From contig DATMBG010000051.1 of NCBI GenBank assembly GCA_035559535.1, positions 434,001 to 498,000 of the forward strand: a stretch of 64,000 nt of DNA, read 5' to 3'. The stretch is from Candidatus Limnocylindrales bacterium. Lineage in GTDB: Bacteria; Moduliflexota; Moduliflexia; Moduliflexales; JAUQPW01. Under the pieces are notes generated by a model, which saw nothing but the letters and a program-made list of their open reading frames with translations, did no database searches and was not told the origin of the DNA. Positions 19,876-29,815 of this stretch are shown here, in pieces (the stretch's first letter is position 1; every line of letters starts with the position of its first letter). A program made the position numbers and the translations under genes.

Positions 19876-20304
19876 TCATGGGGAATGACTTTGAAAGTGT
19901 GGCTTAAAGGGACGAAGCTCTCGCCGGAAGGTAACTTTTATTTTTTTTAAAAAAACTTCCAGAGGAAGATCATAGAGAACGAGAATACCGTCCGGCTCGA
20001 TGGCAATGGTTTTATGTTGATTGCCTATGTGATGAGCTACCAGGGCGGCTTCTCTCCAATCGTCGGGTTTAATCACCAGCACATCTTCCTCACGGGCAGC
20101 CACGATAAAAGCAAGATTTCCTTCGACGTGAAGGACGTCCCCGGGCTGTAAAAGGGTTCCCGTGGGTAAAGTCAGACCTAATTCCAGTCCGCTTTTTGTT
20201 TTAATTCGCTGCCGGGTCCTCTGCCGGTCTTCCCAGGTCATGGGAATATATTCAATTTCTTTTCCGGTCAGATCCCATCGCTTGAGTTCTTGAACCAGGA
20301 TCAT
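19876..20304 (-). CDS. ureE: Urease accessory protein UreE
   Basis: WEDRQRTRQR, LQPGDVL, AHHIGNQH. Confidence 0.92.
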   Translation of the reverse strand: MILVQELKRWDLTGKEIEYIPMTWEDRQRTRQRIKTKSGLELGLTLPTGTLLQPGDVLHVEGNLAFIVAAREEDVLVIKPDDWREAALVAHHIGNQHKTIAIEPDGILVLYDLPLEVFLKKIKVTFRRELRPFKPHFQSHSP

Positions 20305-20343
20305 ATAAAAGGTAAAGACCCAGGGCTATGCCTATAACTCAGA

Positions 20344-20371
20344 GTACGGGCGGACGGCCGTCCGCCCGTAC
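20344..20371. repeat. REP-like perfect 28-bp palindrome
   Basis: gtacgggcggacggccgtccgcccgtac. Confidence 0.9.
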
Positions 20372-20524
20372 TTTTTCTTGTGATCCAATCTTAATCGAGA
20401 ATAAGGTCTAGAGGTCCTGCCGCAGTGCAAGGAGAGTTTGCAGCAGAACCTCAGGGGTATTTCGAGAGAGGAGTCCAGAAACAAGATACGGACAAAAATG
20501 TCCTACTTTTCATCCCCCCCGTCT

Positions 20525-22234
20525 TTAAAAGAGAAAGTATCGCTGAGCCATGGGGAGTACTGAAGCCGGTTCGCATTTCAAGAGTATCCCGTCTGCCCGA
20601 ACTTCGTAGGTTTCCGGATCAACCTCCATTTTCGGAAGATAGGCATTGAGTTTCATATCTTTTTTTCCGATATTACGGCAATTTTTAACCGGTAGAAGGG
20701 GACGTTCGTGTTTAAACGAGATTCCCTTCTTCAGAGATATTTCCGATACGAAGCTATAAGCCGTACTTGCCGGAGCCTTTCCGAAGGAGCCAAACATGGG
20801 GCGATAGATAACCGGTTGGGGAGTTGGTATGGAAGCGTTGGGATCACCCATGGCATTGGCTGCGATGAATCCCCCTTTGAGGATAATTTCCGGTTTTACT
20901 CCGAAGAACGCCGGTTTCCAAAGTACCAAATCGGCTATTTTCCCTATTTCGATAGAACCCACATAACTGGAAATACCGTGGGTAATAGCCGGATTAATGG
21001 TGTATTTAGCTATGTATCGTTTCACTCTGAAGTTATCATTATCTCCTGTTTCCTCGGGGAGACGTCCTCGCTGTCGTTTCATCTTATCGGCCGTCTGCCA
21101 GGTTCGAATAATAACTTCTCCTACTCGACCCATAGCCTGGGAATCTGAACTCATCATGCTAAAGGCCCCCAGGTCGTGAAGAATATCTTCGGCAGCAATG
21201 GTTTCTGCCCGAATCCGGGATTCGGCAAACGCCACATCTTCAGGAATTTTAGGATCTAGATGATGACACACCATCATCATATCCAGATGTTCTTCTACAG
21301 TGTTAACCGTAAAAGGACGGGTGGGATTGGTTGAAGAGGGAAGGACGTTGGCTTCCCCGCAAACTTTGATGATATCCGGTGCGTGCCCCCCGCCTGCCCC
21401 TTCCGTATGATAGGTATGGATCGTCCGACCTTTAAAAGCGGCAATGGAATCTTCAACAAATCCCGATTCGTTCAGGGTGTCGGTGTGAATGGCAATTTGT
21501 ACATCGTAATCCTCTGCCACCGAGAGGGCACAATCAATGGTAGCCGGGGTGGTCCCCCAGTCCTCATGAAGTTTCAATCCAATAGCTCCTGCTTCAATCT
21601 GTTCAATAAGAGGTTTGGGAAGGGCCGAATTCCCTTTTCCTAAGAACCCAAAGTTCATGGGAAAACCTTCTACAGCTTCCAACATCCGGTGAATATTCCA
21701 GGCTCCGGGGGAACAGGTGGTTGCGTTGGTTCCCGTAGCAGGCCCCGTACCGCCTCCGACCATGGTTGTAATACCGGCATATAAGGCTTCCCAGATCTGC
21801 TGCGGACAGATAAAATGGATATGGGAATCAATACCCCCCGGGGTAACGATCAAGCCTTCCCCGGCGATCACCTCGGTAGAAGGCCCTACCACCATGGAAG
21901 GATCCACCCCGTTCATGACCCCCGGATTCCCTCCTTTGCCAATACCCCAAATACGACCATCTCGAATTCCAATATCTGCCTTTACAATTCCCCAGTAATC
22001 CAGGATGATGGCATTGGTAATAATCAAATCTAAGGCCCCGTCGGCCCGTGTATGCTGTGCCGACTGGCCCAGATTATCCCGAAGGACTTTACCACCCCCA
22101 AAGACACATTCGTCTCCATAATGGGTATAATCCTTTTCAATCTCAATGATCAATTCGGTATCGGCCAGTCGAACTTTATCTCCTGTGGTAGGACCAAACA
22201 AATTCGCATAGGTTCTTCTAGGTATTCTTAACAT
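20525..22234 (-). CDS. ureC: Urease alpha subunit
   Basis: [28 protein letters not shown]. Confidence 0.99.
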   Translation of the reverse strand: MLRIPRRTYANLFGPTTGDKVRLADTELIIEIEKDYTHYGDECVFGGGKVLRDNLGQSAQHTRADGALDLIITNAIILDYWGIVKADIGIRDGRIWGIGKGGNPGVMNGVDPSMVVGPSTEVIAGEGLIVTPGGIDSHIHFICPQQIWEALYAGITTMVGGGTGPATGTNATTCSPGAWNIHRMLEAVEGFPMNFGFLGKGNSALPKPLIEQIEAGAIGLKLHEDWGTTPATIDCALSVAEDYDVQIAIHTDTLNESGFVEDSIAAFKGRTIHTYHTEGAGGGHAPDIIKVCGEANVLPSSTNPTRPFTVNTVEEHLDMMMVCHHLDPKIPEDVAFAESRIRAETIAAEDILHDLGAFSMMSSDSQAMGRVGEVIIRTWQTADKMKRQRGRLPEETGDNDNFRVKRYIAKYTINPAITHGISSYVGSIEIGKIADLVLWKPAFFGVKPEIILKGGFIAANAMGDPNASIPTPQPVIYRPMFGSFGKAPASTAYSFVSEISLKKGISFKHERPLLPVKNCRNIGKKDMKLNAYLPKMEVDPETYEVRADGILLKCEPASVLPMAQRYFLF

Positions 22235-22601
22235 AGGATTCTCCCCTTTTTAGAGCTATGGCCTTCTTCTCCTCTAAATTGCCTCCAACTAAACCGTTCA
22301 ACCCATAGATAGTGCGGCTTCCTCCAATTTCTACCAGCTCGACCCTTTTCTGATCTCCGGGCTCAAATCTAACCGCCGTACCTGCGGGGATATTCAACCG
22401 CATACCATAAGCTTTCTCTCGATCAAATTGTAAAAACCGGTTCACTTCAAAGAAGTGATAATGAGAACCTACCTGAATAGGCCGATCTCCGGTGTTGGTA
22501 ACAACCAGCTCGATGACCTTCCGACTGACATTTGCAAGAATATCTTCTTCTTTGAGAATATATTCACCTGGAATCATCTGATTCGAAGCGTGAAAACTCA
22601 A
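22218..22601 (-). CDS. ureB: Urease beta subunit
   Basis: [31 protein letters not shown]. Confidence 0.98.
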   Translation of the reverse strand: MSFHASNQMIPGEYILKEEDILANVSRKVIELVVTNTGDRPIQVGSHYHFFEVNRFLQFDREKAYGMRLNIPAGTAVRFEPGDQKRVELVEIGGSRTIYGLNGLVGGNLEEKKAIALKRGESYVKNT

Positions 22602-22662
22602 AGATACAGGAACTTTCTGCCCTCGTATCTTCCTGCCTCCACACTTCCGGGTTTTTGTCCTT

Positions 22663-22968
22663 CTAGGATCTTATCGGGTCGTGGATCGTAACCAACTTCG
22701 TCCCATCGGGAAACGTCCCTTCTACTTGAATTTCTGTAATCATCTCCGGAACTCCCTCCATTACATCGTTCCGGGTGAGGATAGTCGCCCCGTAAGCCAT
22801 AAGCTCGGTAACGGATTTTCCGTCCCGAATACCCTCCAGGATCTCAGAGGTAATCAAAGCAACGGCTTCCGGGTAATTAAGCTTGAGTCCTCGTGCTCGC
22901 CGCTTTCTGGCCAACTCACCGGCCAGAAATATCAAGAGTTTTTCTTGCTCTCGTTCGGTTAAATACAT
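22663..22968 (-). CDS. ureA: Urease gamma subunit
   Basis: [24 protein letters not shown]. Confidence 0.98.
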   Translation of the reverse strand: MYLTEREQEKLLIFLAGELARKRRARGLKLNYPEAVALITSEILEGIRDGKSVTELMAYGATILTRNDVMEGVPEMITEIQVEGTFPDGTKLVTIHDPIRS

Positions 22969-23206
22969 GTCTTTTCCTTCATTGAGAAACCTCTGTTCCC
23001 ATGGAAAACGGGGTTCCTCAACTTTCCAAATCCAAAAATGTATCTGCCCGGCCCAGGATTACTCCTTCTTCTCCCTACGATAAAAGGGAGAAAAGGGAAT
23101 TTTACTCGAACCTTCCAGGCCGCGGCTTTACCTTTTCCGTTCTATCAGAGCGGTTGAAACCCGATAGATAATGCTTGAAAACAGCTTACCAGCAAATCCC
23201 TAAAAG

Positions 23207-23222
23207 TGCAACCTAAATGCCA
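23207..23222 (-). promoter_or_regulatory. sigma54 -24/-12 promoter of the ure operon
   Basis: TGGCATTTAGGTTGCA (GG-N10-GC); candidate enhancer boxes tgccta-N11 at 23366-23382 and 23388-23404. Confidence 0.75.
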
Positions 23223-23669
23223 TTGTCTGGTTAAAATTTAATTACGACGGAGTAGTGGGTTGATAAAAATTTTGATGATTTTTTAATCACCTTCTTCTAG
23301 ATCTGCTGGGAAATAAAAGCTAAGAGGATAAGGTAAAATATAGAAAGAGAAAGTATTACACAAACTGCCTATAACTTAGTAAATAGATGCCTAAACTTTA
23401 ATCAGATCTGACATTTGGATATGAGCCCCCCCATCCTAATTTTCCCTCCACCTATTTCCCTTGAGCTTGGGACAGGCCATGGCATGGGGTAAACGGCATA
23501 CCTATCAAGCTAAGAAGGGGAAAAGCCTTATTTTTGGTCTGAACACCCCCCCTCGAGGGGGAAGGGGGGGTGTTTCCCCACACGCGCCAGGATAAGGCTT
23601 AGCTGAACCTCCTGCGTGTCCCTGGTTGCAGAAAAGATGTTTGTCGAAACTAGAGGTTAACCCAGAAGA

Positions 23670-23697
23670 GTAGGGGCGTACGGCCGTACGCCCCTAC
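23670..23697. repeat. GTAG REP-like perfect palindrome
   Basis: gtaggggcgtacggccgtacgcccctac. Confidence 0.9.
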
Positions 23698-23916
23698 TTT
23701 TTACTTATAAAACTTGCCAAAAAATAAAGTTGCTTTATACTTTATAACTTATAAAGGAAAGAGATGTATCCAAATTTCTTTTAGTACATCCTGATCGTGA
23801 TCTTTTATAACCTGTTATAAGTTGAATGTATGATAATTAAATGTTGACAAATTAAAACGCGGAGGAAAAATTGAGGAAAACTTGATCCTGACGGTTTATC
23901 CACATAAGTCATACCC

Positions 23917-25206
23917 ATGATACAAAAGCTCTTTCTCATCATTCTTCTACTTATCCCGGGTGGAGTTTTAAGTGCCTCAGAGGAAGGCCCGGGCAGTCGA
24001 ACCGAACAGCTAGAACAACAGCGTCTTCAAAAGCTTCAAAAAATCGAGCCTTATCGTCAGACAGGATTGGAAAGGGATTTCCTTTGGGTAGAACAAAATC
24101 TCGACAAACTCTTACATCTTAACTACAAAGGATTCTACCCTCAAGCCGGAAGTATTAGTACAGGATCTGGTATCTCCCTGGGGGTTCGTTATTGGAAACC
24201 CGATTTGGGCGATTCATCCCTTGACCTTCAACTCTCGGCAGCTGGCTCATTGCATGGTTATCAAGAATATGCCTTTCAATTTGGAAAGATTCCACAAGCG
24301 GAGCCCGGACTTCTTTTGGAGTCTATTCGCTCCGAGCGTATCTACCAATTGGGAGATATTCCGATAAAACAACGAGGTTCCTTTTATTACGTGGACCTTC
24401 GTTATCGGGATTTTCCCCAAGAGGACTTTTTCGGTATTGGGCCCCAATCCAGAGAAGAAGATCGGTCGAATTTCAGGCTCAAGAACACTTCCTATGATGC
24501 CGTTATAGGATATAGATTTTCTCGATGGCTTCGAGTAGGGACCCGGTTAGGGTTTCAACAATTCGATATCGGTGGCGGGACCGATGATCGTTTTCCGGAT
24601 ACCCAGGCTTTATTCAACGAGACTTCGGCGCCGGGATTGACAGAGCAACCAGATTTTTTTCTCTTGAGACCCTTTGTACTCTTTGATTACCGGGATGTAT
24701 CCGGGAATCCTCATAAAGGGGGTTTGGTAGGTTTTTCATTTACTCGATTTGATGATGTGGATAAAAGTCAATTTGACTTTAACCGTTTTATCTTCGAAAC
24801 CCGGCAATTCCTGCCATTATTTTCAAGATCCCAGATACTGGCTTTACGTTTCTTCACGTCCTTGAGCGATGCGGACAAGGGGAGCCAGGTTCCCTTCTAT
24901 CTTCAAGAAACGCTCGGTGGAGGTGATACGCTTCGGGGTTTTGCTACCTTCCGATTTCAAGATAACGACCTGTTGTACCTTTCGGCAGAATATCGCTTTG
25001 AGGCTGCCTCAGCTTTAGAACTTGCCCTCTTTTATGATACGGGAAAAGTCTTTCCCGACCGTTCAGATTTTAATTTCAAGGACTTAGAGAACAGCTACGG
25101 TTTTGGAATCAGAATTAAGGCCCCTTCGGCAGTCATCTTCAGATTTGATGTAGGTCATAGCGGCGAGGGCACTGAGTTTCATTTTAAATTCGGATCGTCG
25201 TTCTAA
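23917..25206 (+). CDS. Omp85/BamA-TamA superfamily outer-membrane beta-barrel lacking POTRA domains (copy 1)
   Basis: Signal peptide, LGGGDTLRGF lid motif, FYDTG, C-terminal FKFGSSF. Confidence 0.85.
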   Translation: MIQKLFLIILLLIPGGVLSASEEGPGSRTEQLEQQRLQKLQKIEPYRQTGLERDFLWVEQNLDKLLHLNYKGFYPQAGSISTGSGISLGVRYWKPDLGDSSLDLQLSAAGSLHGYQEYAFQFGKIPQAEPGLLLESIRSERIYQLGDIPIKQRGSFYYVDLRYRDFPQEDFFGIGPQSREEDRSNFRLKNTSYDAVIGYRFSRWLRVGTRLGFQQFDIGGGTDDRFPDTQALFNETSAPGLTEQPDFFLLRPFVLFDYRDVSGNPHKGGLVGFSFTRFDDVDKSQFDFNRFIFETRQFLPLFSRSQILALRFFTSLSDADKGSQVPFYLQETLGGGDTLRGFATFRFQDNDLLYLSAEYRFEAASALELALFYDTGKVFPDRSDFNFKDLENSYGFGIRIKAPSAVIFRFDVGHSGEGTEFHFKFGSSF

Positions 25207-25275
25207 ACTCTTAGAATGTTTTAGATCACCTCACAAAGGAAAATGAGGTGACTTCAGACTTTTGTATGGATAACC

Positions 25276-27012
25276 ATGGTAAAGAATACAAAGAATAAAA
25301 AATGGTTCGAACGACCTTTCAAGGTCATCAGTTTGATATTATTGTTGGGTACCATGGGCCATCCGTGGGCCATCGCTAAAAGTCAGAACCAACCGGCCAC
25401 ATATCTTTCCCCTCAGCTCAAGGGAGACAGGCAACCTTCAACAACCGATAAAGGCCCAAAATTCTTACCGGATGATCCCATCTGGGTAGATCCCGATCGA
25501 TTTTCCATCCCTAAGCCCCGGCAAATTGAGTTAAGCCAGGTCTATGACTTCCTGGAGAACACCTTTGCAGACCCAGGGGGTAGCTTTAACCGGCGGGCTC
25601 AAAATATTAATACCTTGGGAGAGGTCCCTGATTCCAGTTGGTTTACCAACCGAATTGGACTTCATCCCATGACCGTGGAGCAATTGGTTCGGGGTCCCAA
25701 CCGGGGGGATGGACCTGACAGGTCGCAACCCTGGACGATTATTAAAGCTAAATCCGAAGGAATTACACCCGGGTTTGTAATCCGAGATGGACGAGGAGAT
25801 ATCTACTTTATCAAGTTCGATCCTTTACAATATCCCCAGATGGCAACCTCTACCGAGGTAATCAGCACCAAGTTTTTCTATGCCTTTGGATATAACGTGC
25901 CCGAAAACTATCTGGCCTTTCTGCAACCAGATCAACTTCAAATCGATCCCGAAGCCGTGGTTACCGGGGAAGATGGCAAGAAAAGAAAGATGACCCTGGA
26001 GGATGTCGTAGAGCTTCTCAAGAAGGTTCCTAAACGTCCAGATGGAACCATTCAAGTTGTTGCAAGCCTTAAACTTCCTGGAGAGCCGTTAGGGCCTTTT
26101 AAATATTATGGAACACGAAGTGATGACCCCAACGATATTTTCCCCCATGAAGATCGGCGCGAGTTACGGGGACTACGCGTCTTTGCTGCCTGGTTGAATC
26201 ACAACGACTCCCGCAGTATTAACTCTCTGGATATGTACGTCACCGAGGAAGGACGGAGTTATGTTAAACATTACCTCATCGATTTTGGCGCCACGCTGGG
26301 TAGTGCCTCTGTAAAACCCAATGCACGTCGTGAAGGTTTTGCCTATCTCCTGGAATGGGACCCTATATGGAAGTCTGCTTTGACGTTAGGATTTAAAGGT
26401 CGTCCCTGGCAGCATATCAAATATCCCAATTATCCCGAGATAGGAAGATTCGAATCTTCCTTCTTCAGACCGGAGAGTTGGAAACCCAACTATCCCAATC
26501 CTGCATTCATTCGGATGCAGAACGAAGATGCCTTTTGGGCAACCCGTACCGTCATGCATTTCAATGATGAAGCCATCCGGGCCATTGTGAAAACCGGACA
26601 AATCTCCAATCCAGAAGCCGAGAACTACCTGATTGAAACCCTCCTTCGAAGAAGAGATAAGATTATTCAGTACTACTTGAGTCAGATTAATCCCCTGGAT
26701 GATTTTCAACTAAACGACGAGACCCGAACTTTAAACTTCAAAAACCTGGGAGTAGAGGCTAAGCTGGCTCCGGTGGAAGCTTATGAGTATCAATGGTTCC
26801 GATTCGATAATCAACGAGGCTCATCGGAACCCTTAGGTCCCCCTCAATCGCTATCTTCTCCTTCTTTACCTCTTCCACAGGATGGTTCTCCCTATTGGAT
26901 GGTAAGGATACGAACGATAAGTAAAAACCAGGTAAACTGGAAGAAGAAGGTAGAAGTGTTTATACGAAACGGTTCACATAGAACCGTTGTAGGCATTGAG
27001 AGAGAGAATTAA
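25276..27012 (+). CDS. Exported protein with atypical (HipA/PI3K-like) kinase motifs (copy 1)
   Basis: Signal peptide (AIA), EGITPG, YFIKFD, STEV, NHNDSRSIN, IDFG. Confidence 0.65.
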   Translation: MVKNTKNKKWFERPFKVISLILLLGTMGHPWAIAKSQNQPATYLSPQLKGDRQPSTTDKGPKFLPDDPIWVDPDRFSIPKPRQIELSQVYDFLENTFADPGGSFNRRAQNINTLGEVPDSSWFTNRIGLHPMTVEQLVRGPNRGDGPDRSQPWTIIKAKSEGITPGFVIRDGRGDIYFIKFDPLQYPQMATSTEVISTKFFYAFGYNVPENYLAFLQPDQLQIDPEAVVTGEDGKKRKMTLEDVVELLKKVPKRPDGTIQVVASLKLPGEPLGPFKYYGTRSDDPNDIFPHEDRRELRGLRVFAAWLNHNDSRSINSLDMYVTEEGRSYVKHYLIDFGATLGSASVKPNARREGFAYLLEWDPIWKSALTLGFKGRPWQHIKYPNYPEIGRFESSFFRPESWKPNYPNPAFIRMQNEDAFWATRTVMHFNDEAIRAIVKTGQISNPEAENYLIETLLRRRDKIIQYYLSQINPLDDFQLNDETRTLNFKNLGVEAKLAPVEAYEYQWFRFDNQRGSSEPLGPPQSLSSPSLPLPQDGSPYWMVRIRTISKNQVNWKKKVEVFIRNGSHRTVVGIEREN

Positions 27013-27129
27013 AGTAGGAAAACGGAGACTGCCCTGGATTTAACCAAAAGTCAGAGGAGAAACCCGTCTTCATTGATCCGATGTAAGGCCTATCCGGATC
27101 AAAGAAAACGGATTTCCGGGTAGGAGTTT

Positions 27130-28482
27130 ATGAGGACTGTAGAAGTCAGATCCAGAAAGAGCGTGCTAGAGCAGTTCCTTGGGCTCTTCACCGAAGTTCG
27201 AGCCGGGGAAGGACCGACCGTCCTTCTATTGACCATAAACCTGTTTCTTATTCTGACTGCTTATTACGTCCTTAAACCTGTACGTGAAGCCCTGATCCTT
27301 GCGGGAGGAGGTGCCGAGATAAAAAGCTATGCGGCGGCGGGGCAGGCTCTCTTACTTCTCGGTGCAGTACCCCTCTATTCTGCACTGGCAAGCCGTTTCA
27401 CAAGACGCCGACTTATCAATACTGTTACGGTTTTCTTCACTGCTTGTCTGGTATTTTTCTACCTTCTCGCCCATCTTAATGTCCCCCTGGGAGTTGTGTT
27501 TTATTTGTGGATGGGAATCTTTAACCTGATGGTTATAGCTCAAATCTGGTCCTTTGCCAACGACCTTTATACTCCAGAAGAAGGAAAACGTCTCTTCCCT
27601 ATTGTAGCCTTTGGGGCTTCCTCAGGAGCTGTATTTGGAAGTTTTATTACCAGCCATCTTATCGGCCTGCTCGGAGTGTATCAACTTCTTTTGGTCGGTG
27701 CAGCTATTTTGATTCTAAGCCTTCTCATTACAAATTTCATCGATCAGCGAGAACAATACCAAGTTAAAATAAAGGCGGGACCGAAACCTGCCTTGTCACC
27801 AGGAGAAGCGCCCATTGGCAAAGGAGGCGGCTTTCAACTGGTTATTAAGAGTAAGTACCTGCTTTTAATCGCCTGCCTTATGTTATTTTTGAACTGGGTA
27901 AATACCAACGGAGAATATATCCTGGGAAAAACGGTATCAAAGGCGGCCATTGAGGCAGTAGCTTCAGGAAACTCGGGAGGGCTCTCCGAAAAAGAATTTA
28001 TAGGAAAGTTTTACTCGGACTTTTTTACCTGGGTAAACATGTTGGGACTCCTGGCCCAGCTTTTCCTGGTTTCTCGTATCCTCAAATACCTGGGCATACA
28101 GATTGCGATCCTTATTCTACCAATAATTGCCCTGAGTGGTTATGCCTTACTTGCCTTCTATCCCATCTTGGGTGTAGTCCGTTGGGTAAAGATTGCAGAG
28201 AATGCAACCGACTATAGTCTACAAAATACCGTTCGCAACGCTTTGTTTTTACCCACTACACGAGAAGAAAAATACAAAGCTAAACAGGCTGTTGACACCT
28301 TCTTTGTGCGGGCCGGAGATGTTCTCTCCGCAGGATTGGTCTATGTCGGGGTCAATAAGCTGGCCTTCAACACCAAAAATTTTGCCCTGGTAAACCTTGG
28401 GCTTGTGGTCATCTGGTTCATCCTTGCAATTTTTATCGGCAAAAAGAACCAACAATTAACGACTCCTGCCTCTCAAAGCTAA
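27130..28482 (+). CDS. NTT/TLC (ATP:ADP antiporter family) nucleotide transporter-like protein
   Basis: AYYVLKPVREAL, WSFANDLY...KRLFP, DYSL, EKYKAK..DTFFVRAGD; about 12 TM. Confidence 0.85.
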   Translation: MRTVEVRSRKSVLEQFLGLFTEVRAGEGPTVLLLTINLFLILTAYYVLKPVREALILAGGGAEIKSYAAAGQALLLLGAVPLYSALASRFTRRRLINTVTVFFTACLVFFYLLAHLNVPLGVVFYLWMGIFNLMVIAQIWSFANDLYTPEEGKRLFPIVAFGASSGAVFGSFITSHLIGLLGVYQLLLVGAAILILSLLITNFIDQREQYQVKIKAGPKPALSPGEAPIGKGGGFQLVIKSKYLLLIACLMLFLNWVNTNGEYILGKTVSKAAIEAVASGNSGGLSEKEFIGKFYSDFFTWVNMLGLLAQLFLVSRILKYLGIQIAILILPIIALSGYALLAFYPILGVVRWVKIAENATDYSLQNTVRNALFLPTTREEKYKAKQAVDTFFVRAGDVLSAGLVYVGVNKLAFNTKNFALVNLGLVVIWFILAIFIGKKNQQLTTPASQS

Positions 28483-28858
28483 ATTCGCTTTTTATACGGT
28501 TTTTAAAGAAGTCAGTGCTTTTAAGAAACTTCTAAAGACTTTGATTCAGTACCCCGGGGTTAAACTGATACAAGTCTGTTAAGGTCAGTTTCTCTTATTT
28601 CCTTTTTTACCGGATCTTCTTGAAAGCCTCCTGTCCCCTTTCAGGAATAGGTTTTTCCTCGCCTAACCCTTTTTGTGTCAGGAAAGGAGAATTTGGAGAG
28701 GGCTTGGGGACCTCACTCTCTCTTTTTTTGGGAGGGAAGGAAAGTTGGAAGAGTCAGGTCCAATATTTTTTTTGTTTCTCCCGGGCGTATCTAAAGACTC
28801 CGTACGAATTTATCTCTCTACTTTACCCTGACGGCATCCTTTACTTTTTCGATGGGGT

Positions 28859-28897
28859 TTAACAGAAATTTAACGAATCATTCATAATGGCATAATG
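28859..28897 (+). promoter_or_regulatory. Pho-box-like 11-bp periodic direct repeats
   Basis: ttaaca-gaaat-ttaacg-aatca-ttcata-atggc-ataatg, same architecture as upstream of pstS. Confidence 0.5.
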
Positions 28898-28972
28898 GTC
28901 GGTTGCTATTAACAATATAGAACTTATGCCCCTGCCTATCAGATTCAAATTCTCGGAGCTATCGGCCAGATT

Positions 28973-29287
28973 ATGAGCAAGTTATATACATCAGAAGAAT
29001 TTCACTTGAAATTAGAGGGACTTCATGTGAAGTGTCCTTATTGTAGTTCAGATGCAATTTATCGATATGGAAAGGCACGAACAGGAAAACAGCGCTTCCT
29101 ATGCCTCTTATGTGGAAAGCAATTTACCTTTGGAGCCAAAAAATCTGAGGTAAGGAATAGACCTACCTGTCCTACCTGTGGAAAGTTCATGCATCTCTAT
29201 AAGAGGGAAGAAAAAACCCTTCGATTCAGGTGTTCAAATTATCCAGAGTGCAGAACGTACCTGAAAACCCTAATGAAGGAGGGATAA
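28973..29287 (+). CDS. Double zinc-ribbon protein (InsA-like ribbon + topoisomerase-type C4 ribbon)
   Basis: CPYC..IYRYGK...QRFLCLLCGKQF and CPTCGKFM...FRCSNYPECR; next ATG 1 nt after its stop. Confidence 0.75.
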   Translation: MSKLYTSEEFHLKLEGLHVKCPYCSSDAIYRYGKARTGKQRFLCLLCGKQFTFGAKKSEVRNRPTCPTCGKFMHLYKREEKTLRFRCSNYPECRTYLKTLMKEG

Positions 29288-29288
29288 A

Positions 29289-29660
29289 ATGAGCTATTAT
29301 ATTCATAACATTCCAGGAAGACTACGCATCAAGACTCCTGTTGCTAAAAGCAGCTCTCAGCAGGCTAAAGCCATCCAAAGAATTCTTCACTCGATACCTG
29401 GCATTCTTTCAACCCTTGTAAACCCTCTTACAGGGAGTATTGTTATTCACTATGATCCTGAGGTAGTGAACTCGGAAGAAATCTTGAATACCCTGAATCA
29501 GCAAGATTATTTTGACTGGTCCCGGGCGGTAACAAATGATCAATATATACGGGATATAGTCGCAAAAATAGGTAAGGTAATTTGGAAAGCTTTTTTTGGA
29601 ACCTTGGTAGAAGAAGCCTTAGAAGGCTCTTCTCTCTCCTTCATAAAGGTTCTTATATAA
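29289..29660 (+). CDS. HMA2-like (FezC-like) domain protein
   Basis: YIHNIPGRLRIK...GI...NPLTGSIVIHYD; no CxxC. Confidence 0.8.
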   Translation: MSYYIHNIPGRLRIKTPVAKSSSQQAKAIQRILHSIPGILSTLVNPLTGSIVIHYDPEVVNSEEILNTLNQQDYFDWSRAVTNDQYIRDIVAKIGKVIWKAFFGTLVEEALEGSSLSFIKVLI

Positions 29661-29815
29661 CAGGGTGCTTCCCTTCATCACTTTATCTTTTGGTACCAAA
29701 TTTTCAAGGGTGAAATAAACTTACCCTTTTATTCCCATTTTTTAACCAAGGTCGGTAAGGCAGTTCTGGCCCTTATCAAACCCAACAAGTTATCCCGGAA
29801 CTGGACCGTGGAGGG

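Noticed and set aside
28888-28907. sigma54 promoter (tggcataatggtcggttgct)
   Set aside because: GG-to-GC spacing is not 10 nt.
28973-29287. Active IS1 element
   Set aside because: No InsB/DDE domain, terminal inverted repeats or target duplication seen.
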